From positions 248,001 through 312,000 of the forward strand of contig NW_027271849.1 of NCBI RefSeq assembly GCF_040938485.1: a stretch of 64,000 nucleotides of DNA, written 5' to 3'. The stretch's first letter is position 1. The number at the start of each line of letters is the position of its first letter. The translations under genes were made by a program, and so were the position numbers. This document shows, one piece after another, positions 1 to 11,966 of this stretch. The notes beneath the pieces were generated by a model. It worked only from the letters and a program-made list of their open reading frames with translations, made no database searches and was not told the origin of the DNA. This DNA is from Diadema antillarum (Eukaryota).

Positions 1-1182
1 GAATTTCATATTCCTACAAAACGATGTTCGCATACAGTTCGCGGGAATATTAGACCTAGATGAGGGTCTGATTGCTCTTCAAAATCTGGTGAACGTTTCA
101 GAATGAGGATTATGTAGATATGTGTAGTGCTATATTTTCAAATTCCACTTTGTTCCACGTATCTGGTTTCAGCCAGCGCTAGGCGCAACAAGCACGTGGC
201 TTCAACTGCAGGTTTCAGCGGCTGTCCTCGTGGTGCTGTGAGTAAATCGCTTGTTGTGAGCCAAACACGCGTCGTTGTTATGAAGTTACTAAGGTTACAC
301 TTTAGTCATGCCGCGATCGCTTTGGTGGTGGGTAGCTACGCAAAACAAGGAACTGACCATTGATCGATTACTCGTAGACTTTTGATGAAATAATAAGGAA
401 GGCATGCGCCGCATTGTCAATAAGATATTTTTTGGTCCGACAGTGTAGCACATTGTTCAAGGCATCCTCGGATTATCTCCGCCTGTGACCATGGGCTCGC
501 ACGCCAACGAGCCCCTCACCGACAAAGGACTGCCGATTTCAATAGGGCACGCTCGCCCCTCACACTAACAAAAGAGGGATTACTGTTGGCACTTCCTGCT
601 CAAATGGATAAAAGAGTGGAAAGACTCTCCTCCAAGACCCGGGACAATTACCTTTACTCTCAAAGAGGAACCGGGACTAAATAACCAAAGTTTGGGAATG
701 AACTACTCGGTCAAAAAAGTAAATTGCATGGGCAAAACAAACTGCGAATATCTTTGAAAGTATACGACTCTAGTTGACAAATGTGGTATCATTCGAAAGA
801 AAAAATGTATATCTAAAACTTTGTCACAGAGTCAAACACACGTTCTATTGAAGAAAATTCACAATTAATTCTTCCTTTTCATGCTACCCAAAATTTCTTA
901 ATAATTTTTTTATGATATGATTTCTTTCAGCAATATTTCAAATTAGGATAAATATTACTGCAAACTGACGACATGGCACGAAAGAATTACCATTTCTCCA
1001 CATTTTTTGTGCAGACAACATTTCAAAACAAGCAGTAATTACAGAGATATGACAGTTTGAAATTACCCTGTCTATCCAGATTCGGAGCTTCCGAGCACTG
1101 GCTAAAAATCTCTGGCACGTTAGGGGTTTTGGGCCTGGCACATTAAGAGTTAAAGACATCTCTTTCTCCCTAATTCTCCCAG

Positions 1183-4100
1183 ATAATCATGTGCTGCATC
1201 TTTGGGGTGTGCAAAGTGAGTGACCTTGAGCTGAAATTCAAGCGGATTGTGGATATGTACCGAGGGCTCCCCCATGCTTCTTCACAGGTATGNNNNNNNN
1301 NNNNNNNNNNNNNNNNNNNNNNNNNNNNNNNNNNNNNNNNNNNNNNNNNNNNNNNNNNNNNNNNNNNNNNNNNNNNNNNNNNNNNNNNNNNNNNNNNNNN
1401 NNNNNNNNNNNNNNNNNNNNNNNNNNNNNNNNNNNNNGACTATTGTCCATAAATTGACACATCCATTTATCAAATGAATTGGAAATTATGTTGTAACCAA
1501 ATCCAGGGGGATGGCAAAAATGTTTCATTTCCCCAGCCAACAACATTTTTTTTTCCCCTGTATGTTCTAATGGAGAAATTCAGCACTCTCATTTTTGTTT
1601 GAAATGTGTGCATTCTTTGATAACTTGAAGCCCATGTTGCTATGATACTGGAGTCATGTTTTTGCAAAGATCGTATCCTGTAGTATTTTCCTTTCTTTAG
1701 CGTGACTTCTGGCATGTTGTTACTCAAGAGCGCTAAAGAGGATTCTGTGCCTTGATTGGAAGGTAATGTACTGTGGGATGCGGTATGCATAATTTTATCA
1801 TCATGTGACATCGAGTTGTCTAGGCGACAGACGTGTAATGGGTTAGTAATAATCTTTTCTTCTTTTTTTTTGGTCTCCACAGACCTACAAGAGTGTTTAC
1901 ATGGGAGCTAACAGGGACGCCGTTTCCATTATCACGTTCTACAACGAAATCTTCATCCCAAACATGAAGGAGTTCATTTACAGATTCCAGCCCAATGCAA
2001 CGGTAAGTTCTGAGAAGTTATAGTCACCTGGTATGCTGTGTCAAGGTCCTGTTATTCCTCGCAAAGGATTTCCTGCATTTACCATTCTTCCTTTGTAATA
2101 CCTTGTTGGATAACATGATAGATTGTCATTACATGTGACAGAGAATGAAAAGTAAGTTGGTATTTTCAGTGGAATTCTGGAAAAATCATGAAAAGAAAAG
2201 ATTTCTCCGGGAAAGCTTGAACTGGAACGTTACAAATCATGTCCTGAAAGTAGAATATGAAAGACCTTCAATGGTCATGAGACAGATGTGACATGATAAT
2301 TGTTTATGCTTCACCATTTGAAATGCTTCGTAGACATTTAAAGAGCCATAGTTTGGTAACTATTCATACAACTTTGGTATCATAATTTTATTATCACTCA
2401 TTTCATGATAACTACAAAGTGTGTACTCATGTGAAAGATCTAGGAAGAATATATCTTTTCTTAACATTCTTGTTTTGAGGGGGAGCAGTGCCTCCCTACT
2501 CTTCTGCAGGAGGGTCAGTAAAAAGCTTGTAAAGTCATTGCAATTGCTACCTCTGCAAAGGAGGCTACTAGTGTGTTTTTGCTGGCATTTGTTCGTTCGT
2601 TTGTATGTCTGTTTGTAAAATAACTTGAAAAGTTAAAATCGGATTTGAATGAACCTGCCTGTATGGTTGGAAATGAACTGCTTGGCGGAGGTCTGCTCTC
2701 TCTTGGTACTCTCTAGTTATTCATGGATTAACCATGACATGAAACCAACCTTTCTTCATTCACAGACTCCGAACCATTCTCCCGTGCCATCTCGCTGCCA
2801 ACCTACCTCCACGCCAGGGACAACGGTGTACCAGTAAGCATGCCAGCCATTGTGTGTGTGTGTTTGTGTGTGTGTGGGGGGGGGGGGGGGGGGGAGAGAA
2901 TATCTATGGTATCCATGTGTTACTTTGGGAAAAAAATGTAACCTAGACATAGCATTCACTGCTGGGTGTGAGGTATTACACTCATACTGTAAAAGTGGAA
3001 ATTTGTTTGGGGCGTGGACATTTTTACGCATTTTGCGTGACCAAAAACCAGCGCAAAAATAAGAATATGTGAATGCTCTTGCACATCACTTGTTCCACTG
3101 ATAAATGTCTAGATTCTGTGGAATTTAAAACATGCGAAATTCATCTTACCCAGACAAGTACAAAAAATCACTCGCGGGTGCTAACTGTGAACTAGCTTAT
3201 TGATGCATGTGTTTGGCAGTGTAATAATATCCTGTGTGTATATAACATCTAATTTCTTCATGACAACAATACTGGAAAGTCATTTATATTTGAAAAGAAA
3301 AAACAAGATTAATATCTCATAGAATTTCCATGGAAGTGGAAATTACCTCTCTGATAGTTTTGCAGCATTACCTAGAAGTCTCTTCAAAGCACAAGTAATG
3401 TGTTTCCCTTGCAGACTGCCTGGTGCAAACCTCAACATTATTTCGATGACCGACTCGCCCTTTCGAAGCCCCCGCTCCCGCCCCGTCCCATCCCCTGGTC
3501 AGATGACCCCACAAACAAGGTAAGATGATCGACTTTGCATCGACTGTTCTTGTTAACACTTGGCAACCACATAACCGTGCCTTTGGCTTTTGATGAAGAT
3601 GTGCTTGCAACTTCTTTTCTGTCTCTGTACTCAAATAGTTTCTGAAAATCGCTGAATGAACAATGTTTTACTAGTTTGTAATACACGAACAAACAAAAAA
3701 AGATTGTATCATATCGAAATCTAACCCAACACATGACTGATATGGTGCTTCATTTTGCCCAGTTCTGGTCATTTTACTACTCCTTAGTATCTGTAATTTG
3801 TTCGTGGTATTTCTTGTATGAGATCATTGGCTAGTCTGTCTTCATATGGTTATTAGTATGATTTATCATGAACAGAATCATGTCCAGCCAACTAACTGTT
3901 AAGGCTGAAATTAATTTGTTTTCTCTTCCAATACTGCAAGGCAACTATCATCCTAGGTGTACTTGAAGCTATCATAAATGTAGAATTCATCGAAAGGTCA
4001 TTGTGTTGTTGTTTTTTTTTCCTGTGATACCACACAACATCTATAGTCTGTGATTACACTTTTTTTTCTTGATCATTTCTTAGAGCTATTCCAGTCACAT

Positions 4101-7100
4101 GAAAAAAACATTGTAGTAGTTGCTGTATTGAAGTTGCCTGAAGTGTGACATGTTTAATGTTGTGCTGACATTTATTCAAATGTTGCCTTTCTCCACTAAC
4201 TTCTACCATCTTATTTTATGCTTTGAGGTTTTTCACTTAAAAAAAAAAAGAATTGAAAGCTTACTTTCTTAGGATTTTTCCTGTCTGTGATGTTACTGTT
4301 CAAACTTGTTTCAATTGTTGCCCTTTCTTCACAGGCTTCTGTACAGCTTTGGAGAAACAATAAATGTAAGTTACCCATATTCCTCCTTTGCTGTTAATTG
4401 CAGACTTCTTCTAGATTGTTTAGCTCTGGAATTGGCATAACATCTGAAGCAATCAGAAAGTGTCTTGGGCAACAGAGTTTCGGTGAAATTTTTTCTTCAG
4501 CATACACAGATTTGTTAAGAGATACACAGCATGTATTCTTTCTTTTTTTTTAACTATACAAGGGGCCTCATTTTAATCTCCTCGTGATGGAGCAGTGGGC
4601 TTTTGCTATTTTGACGCAGTTAACCATGCTCTCAAACAAACCTTACAAAGTATGGAAGCATTAAAGCTCTCAATTGAAAGTGATGCGAGGATCTTGCATT
4701 GCCATGTCGGATGCACTACGTTTAGCTCATCTGTGATTGCCAGTATGGATGCATTGATGTCTTGCTTTTATTTTAATTTTTGTTTTTCTCCAACAGTCTG
4801 AGCAACTTCGCGAGTTCAACCAGGAGAACACCAAGAGACATCACCCGACTCGACGGACGGCTGGCAAGAGGCTGAAGTTGGATGACACCGCTGACTCCGA
4901 CGAGGGTGCAGGAGGGAGCGCTGGGGATGCCCCACCCAGTGGAAGGGACGGAGGTCAGGGGTCAGAAAGGTGAGCATACAGAGGAAGTCAATCTGACTCT
5001 GTCTCACCCACTTTCCATCCTTTCTCTTTCTGTCTTTCTTTGAAAATGACATTAAGAGTAGTTATGATGAAGATAATGATGAGAACAGTGAGTACAGGAA
5101 GAAAGATATTCTCTGATTTAAAGGGATGGTACAGTATTGGTGGAGATGAGAACTGGGCTTTTAACTTTTTGCGAGATACCAAGAAAACACTTATGAAATA
5201 CAGTGAAACCCTGTTATAACGAGGTCCGTGGGACCGGCGATATTACCTCGTTATAACCGGTACCTCGTTCTATCCGTACGCATCAAAAACAAAGAAAAAC
5301 ATAAGCACCACATCATATACCCATAAAGGAAACCTAACGACATCCTTTGCGTTGTTATTACACAATTATGGATCATTATTATTGAGAGAATAAAGGGAAA
5401 TTATTTGTGAATTAGACGAAAAAGTAGGGGCTGAAATTAGTTAAATATTAATTGTAATAATTCTTGTTTGTGAAGTTTTCCTAAACACCAGCGCAGATAG
5501 AGTAACGTACAGGCCTTGTTTACCGTAACTTGCGAGGTATTCTTATGCTTATAGTGCCCAGCGGGAATGCGATGATTTAATTAATCATTTCGGCTGTTAT
5601 CTTATACAACGTATGATCGTTGCGCCCGAAGGGATTAAAAATGCGCTCTTTATTTTCTTCCCAAAAATCTCTTCGCGTTTTGTACATCCGTTCTTGAAAA
5701 ATATGCGACAGCATTGAATGTGGAAGGTTGTGATTCTTTTTACGCAAATCTTTACCTGGTAGACCTTTCTGAAAGAAAAAAAAATCTTCTTTGTGAAGTG
5801 CAGTGTTAAAATTGTAATAATGAACAAACCAGATCTATTCAAACTAATGCGTTGGTTTCTTTTTCTGATTTAGGTTAACATGCGTCATTCAACTTTTTTA
5901 CGCTACTTTCACCTGGCGAGATCGCGATGATTTCAGGGTAACATACATGCGTTGTTTACCGTTAACTTGCGAGGTATATTTTACGCTGTTAGTGCCCAGC
6001 GGGAACGCGATAATTTCATGATTCATTTCGGCTGTAATTTTATACAATGTATGATGGTTGCGTCCGAAGGGATTAAAAATGTGTTCTTTATTTTCTTCCG
6101 AAAATATCTTCGCGATTTGTACATCGATTCCGTTCTTGAACTGTTAAATGCGTTTGTTTCTATTATTTACGCTACGGTCACCCGGCGAGATTGCGATGAT
6201 TTCTTCAGTTATTTCGGCTTCAGTCATACACACTCATATTTAAAATATCAGATAAATACTAAATACTAAATAAATGCGTTTGTTTCTTTTTCTGAACACC
6301 GATTAAGTAGGTTAACATGCGTTACTCAAAAATTTTTAGTAAGTTTACGCTACTGTCTCTTGACGGGATCGCGATGATTTCATTAATTATTTTGGCTTTA
6401 ATCATACACACTCATATTTGCTAGCCAGCAAAAGAACTGGAATTCGGAACTAAAAATGGAAAGGGGGAGTTGCACACGCATTCTAATTGTCCATTTTTTG
6501 CCCCAAGTGTCGTTACATGAAACGTTTTTGAATGCGTTATCTTTTTTTTTTCGCCTCGTCACGCACGCGTATCTCGCGAAAAAGAAAATCGAATGATTAT
6601 GTTTAATAATTCAGTAGGAACATCGGAAGGCATTCTTGTGTCTTATTGCGTGGTTTAGAAGAAAAAATGGAAGGAATTAACGGTTCTCTGCAAAGCGGGA
6701 AAAAGACGTGGATAGCGTGAATTCGGTTTTCAATGTTTCGTTTGTCGCGTGTTTGAAAGCGACAATATAGTCAAGAAATGGAACCTCGTTACATCCGATC
6801 AAATTGCTTATGTTTTTCTTTATCATGATGCACCGAAATTGTCCTCGTTATAACCGGAATCTCGTTATAACCGAACTCGTTATAACCGATTCGTTCTGCC
6901 ATAGGTTTGCATGCAAAGGAAAACGGGACCGACGCGATCACCTCGTTAAAAGCGGTTCCTCGTTATAACCGAACTCGTTATAACGGGGTTTCACTGTAGT
7001 ACTGAGCATACCATTTTAAGAGGAAATCAAAGTTTATTTGAAGAAAATCGGGTTTGGAATGACTGAAACATCCAAAAACAAAGTAAAACAAAGCGATCGT

Positions 7101-8401
7101 AATAAAAGGTGGGTCCCACACTTTATTAGAATCGCTCTGTTTTGGATATCTCAGCCAATTCATAACCAATTTTCATCAGATAAATGTTGAATTCCTCATG
7201 GAATTACATGATGATGATCTTTCATATTTCATAGGAGGCTTCTCATCTCATCAAAAAATGTTAGAAACCTGAAATTAGGTCTCAACCAAAACTATATGAT
7301 CCCTTTAATAGTTGCTTTTATGATGGTGATTCTGAAAATGATAATGACTTTATCTGCATTTCAGTCCTCTCTGGAATCCAGTTGATTATACACCCAAAGA
7401 AATTCTGACTTTCAAACTTTGCTATGCCAACATCCTTTTGCTGAGGGCAACTGGAGTTTTGTATTTTTCTCAAGAGTGAAGTGTGAATGCACAATGCTTT
7501 TATTGTTGTATTCGACCACAGTGCGGATGACGTTGACAGTGGCATCACGAGGTTGGACGATGCTGAGCGACCTGCGATGTCGTTCCTTGAGAGGAGGCTG
7601 TCACAGTATGGTGAGTGCTGGATGCTTTTCTGACTGTCATCATGAATGGGTGATGCTGCTACCCAATTTTAGTTGAAAAAGCAGCAAACTGAAAAGAAAC
7701 AGGCCTTGCATTTCGTCGGCAAAAAACCAGAAGGGCTGAATCGTATTTTGGGGGGTTATTTAGTTATTTGTATCATGTTGTAGAGCTCGATCTCCTCCAC
7801 ATTATGGTGTCAGGTTTAGATTATTTAATTTTCAGTAGAATATTAGATATTAGAACCACAAGGGCACTAAACACTACCTTATATTTGGAACAACGCTTTT
7901 AAATCTACTCACTTTTGATTAGATGAACTTTCTACATCTTAAAAATTGGGTGCTTTGTTTTTTTATATTTATGCTAACATCTTTAGGCCAGATTTTTTGA
8001 CAAAACCTTTACCATTGTGTTTGTTGGATTTTACTGTACTTGTGTCCATACAAAGCCAACTTGAACACGGTGTGAAATTGCCCTTTGGGGGAAAAATATC
8101 AAGTTTACTCTTATCTGACCAGCAATGCAGAGATCTCGGGTTCGAATCCCGATGGAATCCCATTTTCTTTGCTCATTTTTCCACTAATAGATTTTGAAAG
8201 GGAATGATTTGTCTGTTGAATGTTCAGTACATGCCGAATGCAGAGATTCAGAATCTCTCTGGGATGCACAGTACGCTTTAAAAGTCACTATGATAAACAC
8301 CAGAACGGATCTCTCTCTTTCTTTTCTCGTTATCAGCTTCTGCTCAGTCAGCTGTGAGGACAGCCGAGCCGGACCGTACCGAAGACGATGCCAAAGACTA
8401 G
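1183..8401 (+). CDS. RB1: Retinoblastoma protein RB1 orthologue, 3' part (end of pocket B and C-terminal domain); 5' exons lie upstream of the window
   Basis: Eight AG/GT-bounded, phase-compatible exons: 1183-1287, 1883-2002, 2766-2833, 3415-3519, 4335-4365, 4797-4969, 7522-7610, 8337-8401 (TAG). They translate to IIMCCIFGVCKVSDLELKFKRIVDMYRGLPHASSQ/TYKSVY...SIITFYNEIFIPNMKEFI.../TPNHSPVP.../...QMTPQTR/LLYSFGE.../...GKRLKLD.... This aligns with human RB1 IMMCSMYGICKV..LKFK.IV..Y..LPHA, SIIVFYNSVF, LSPIP, KMTPRSRILVSIGE and KKLRFD. Confidence 0.93.
1293..1437. other. Assembly gap (N run); other N runs at 10096-10227, 23872-24085, 30137-30291, 61053-61187
   Basis: Runs of n in the sequence. 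Confidence 0.99.
5122..7304. mobile_element. ~390-bp TTAA-flanked MITE (Kolobok-type termini), interrupted by a 1.8-kb nested element
   Basis: TTAA|AGGGATGGT...ATGATCCCT|TTAA with long imperfect TIRs. The same family occurs at 23060-23487 and 45484-45865. TTAA TSD with purine-purine termini fits Kolobok (established knowledge; assignment is inference). Confidence 0.7.
5201..6996. mobile_element. Non-autonomous Tc1/mariner (pogo/Tigger-like) DNA transposon
   Basis: TIRs CAGTGAAACCCTGTTATAACGAG / CTCGTTATAACGGGGTTTCACTG, TA on both sides (5199-5200, 6997-6998), repeated subterminal GTTATAAC motifs, internal ~435-bp duplicated units, no transposase ORF. Confidence 0.85.
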
Positions 8402-11400
8402 ACATCACAGGGGGGGTGGTTTCCCCGAGACTCCAATCTCCATGACGATGCCGGGGCGGATCCAGGAATTTCCTTGAAGGGGGGCCTTTACAAAATTAAA
8501 GGGGAACACGCGCCCCCACCATTTTTTCTATGTATTTCTTTTATCATTTTTTTTAAATTAAAGGGAGTGCGCACCCGGTGGCCCCCGCCCGGATCTGACG
8601 CCACGATGAATTACAGCTCCATCCCATCTCTGATGCCCCCCCCCCCCTTTTCGACACTGGTGCTTTCTGCCTCTCTTCTGCCTCCTACTACAACACACAA
8701 AGCTGCATGCCTGATGGCAATCCTTCAGATTTTTTAAGTGTCCCCTTTACACTCTTATAATATAATCCTTTCTAATTTGTTTTCATTCTGAAATGTTTTT
8801 GGTTTGCTTGTTGCAACCCTTCAGATTTTTAAGTGTCCCCTTTACACTCTTATAATATCATCCTTTCTCTTTCTTTTTTTTTTTCATTCTAAAATGTTTT
8901 TTTTCCCCCTTGCAGCTTCCTGCCCTTCCGGTACCTGCTAAAGTTTGTATTCAAGGGTGTTTGTGTGATGTCTTCATATTGCCTCTCAGTATACAGTCAC
9001 TGCATGTCTTCCATTTTTGGGGCGGAGGGGGGTCAGATAGATTTGGGCAGAGGGTTGGGCAGTGGCTCCTTCTGGAATTAAAATGCCTCTCTCTAGACAC
9101 TCATGTATTATCAATGTTCATCAGTGATCTTAGTTCTTCAGAGGTTTTCAAAATTGATGATTGAAAATAACAGAAAATAATGTAAAATTAGATTTAGAAA
9201 TGTTCATAAGCATGAAGTGCTGTAAGAGCCAGCATATTGGAGTGACAGAACTGATCTTCACCTTTTAAGACCTGCATTATATCTTGATCAGAAATGGATT
9301 GCCTAGTTATAGTTCATGAAACAGTACCAGCATGTTTTCAATTAGTTTTGAAATGAATGCATGGGACTGAGCAGCAGTTTGTAGATGGTGTTTTTTTTTT
9401 TTTTTTTTTTTTTTTTTGTTATTAGATTTGTATGGTGTATTGATAGACAAATGAAAACTTTTCAATATGACATGTTTGAACGAGAACTATTTGCCATGAC
9501 TTGTGTTACATTTTAGAGATGACTGCAAGCAAATGATATGCGTAGTGAGCAAGGCAGAAAATTTGCCTATCTGGCATTCTGTACCTGCTTGGAAAGAAGG
9601 GCAATGCTCAGTTGATTCAGGCTTATCAAAAGCGTTGTAAAGATTTGTTAATCAGATATATTTAAAAGACAAATTATGTAACATTGCTAAATGATGTTTA
9701 ATCACTTAACGGGACAGCATTGTATCAATAATTATTGATATTCTTAATTCAGACGCGCGGAAAAATGAAAAGTCCATTTTTTTTTCCTAGGCCTTTTCAA
9801 CAACTGTTTGTGATTTTAGTAGCCTATCTCGCTTAGGCAGTATTAGTGAATGCATAGACGTGTAAAGGGTTTGAAACAGTACATGTAAATCATAGAGCTG
9901 TGTTAGTTTCTGCACATTAGGGGACGTGAGTTGGTGCAGAGGAGTTGTTTTAAAGTCTTGCCTTACAAGTCATAAGGAGGATATTCAGTCATCTGAAATG
10001 TATATAACAGACATTCCACCATTTTTTTCGCATTTTTTGCATGCGACAATTTGTAAATAAGTTCCTTTTGTACTGCAAGTGTTTGTATATTTGTGNNNNN
10101 NNNNNNNNNNNNNNNNNNNNNNNNNNNNNNNNNNNNNNNNNNNNNNNNNNNNNNNNNNNNNNNNNNNNNNNNNNNNNNNNNNNNNNNNNNNNNNNNNNNN
10201 NNNNNNNNNNNNNNNNNNNNNNNNNNNCCTCTGCTTCCAATGGACATTTTTTTTTGTCTCTTTTTCAGGGCTTGTGTGTTCAAACTTTTTGCAAAGCAAC
10301 AAAGTGTGTGAAAAATGCATGAAATATATTTCTGTCAAATGTAATTGGTGTATTGTATATCTGTAGTGGGTTGTTACAAGCTTGAAATGCAGCCAGCACA
10401 GAAGTGAAACCAAAAAAGCCCCAAAACAAAATTAAGGGAACAAGTGTTTTAGATACTATAAATGCATATGTGTATATTATATACAATGTAGTATGTTGAC
10501 ATTTTTATTCATGATTTGCATTATAAGTGTCTGCAGACTTCTGAAGCAGTAGTGATATCAAGTGGAAACAGATAAAGAAAAATTACCTTTACAAGCAACA
10601 TTGTGCTGTGCATAGAAGGATTAGAGTGGTGTTAATTTGTCTGATTAGGATGAACACCTTTTGGCATGTTCATGGTACTGTAAAACATTTTATTTTCATG
10701 AGGGCTTGATATTATATTAATTTCACATATCACTGTTGGGCTGCAAATTTCAACAACACAAAAAAATATCACCCGACCTTGGTCACATTCAATTTGTGGC
10801 ATGAAAATATCAACATGCTCATTTCGCATTCTGTGCCTTCCCAACTTGAGTGAAACAATGGCCATGGCTGGCTGGCCAGACACATGCATACTAGTGAGTC
10901 CAGTGTTACGCATTCTTCCTCATTGACAATCAAAAAACCTCAGTACCACGTTCATGTACACTGAAGTGGCAGAGTGAAAGGACAGGCTCTAGTGTACATG
11001 CTATAGCATCGGTGTCAAATTGCGTCAACAACATCTCAAGAAAATGTATGTGACCTATTCGTGAAAAAAATATCTATGCAAAAATAACAGCATTTACATT
11101 ATTGAGAGAAGTGGTTAGTGCCCCCATTGAGACATACTTGTCGTGTTTGAATATTTGAATTGCGGCCGTCGTCTTGTGCCTTGTAGAGAAACCCCCTCTC
11201 TGGCGCATTAACGAGAATCTAACCGCTTGAGATATGGCAAAAGATCGCTTCTCTTTGATACCGTAGTTCTACATGTAATTTCGTGCAGTGGTCATATCTT
11301 CGGAGGACCGCTACTGTAACATAGGAAATTATGTGCGCATTTCGCTCAACCAGAAGCTCGTGCAAAAATAAAAGCATTCAGATATATTTGCATGCCATAT

Positions 11401-11882
11401 GTTCCTGTAATTAATATCCTGCTTTGGCAGAATTAAAAACATGCGAACTTCATCTTACGTGGCCAAACGCGAAAAATTACTCGTGTGAAAAATATCCACT
11501 TTTGCAGTAATCGTCTAACCTTGTATCCACAATGACATTGTCAAGATGATATGATTTTCAGAAATACATGCATTGTTCTATCTTTCTCTGTGTGGCTGGT
11601 ACCCTTCTGATACAGTTTGCACTTTACATTGCTTCCTCCTTGGATTATTTTTAATCGCAACTATAATCGAAAAGGAGTTTGTTCTGAAAAGCTTGATGCT
11701 CCAGAAAACGGTGTACCAGTCCTGTTGATATCAGTAGGTCAATACTGCTATTGCTCTCCTGCCCCAAAAAGAAAGAAAAGAAAGAAAGAAGAGTGAAAAA
11801 AAAAAGAGAATCCAAAAGGGGGAACCAAAATGCCCCTTCTTGCTTGCTGTGCAGTTATGGTTCACACTCTTCTCAAACTTAA

Positions 11883-11966
11883 GCTGTCGAGGACGAGTCC
11901 CAAGTATACTCAGGCAGGGGTCTATGGGAATTTGTGTTGTAGCAAAATCAGCCCGTCCTCAATGGG
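11883..11966. mobile_element. ~85-bp piggyBac-type MITE
   Basis: TTAA-flanked, ends ...CGTCCTCAATGGG|TTAA; same family as 32052-32143 and 45395-45479 (TTAA|CCC...GGG|TTAA consensus). Confidence 0.65.

Noticed and set aside
1189-1546. ORFs containing X runs (also near 10.0-10.4, 23.8-24.1, 30.1-30.4 and 60.8-61.4 kb)
   Set aside because: They are artefacts of reading through N gaps; only 1183-1287 is a real exon.
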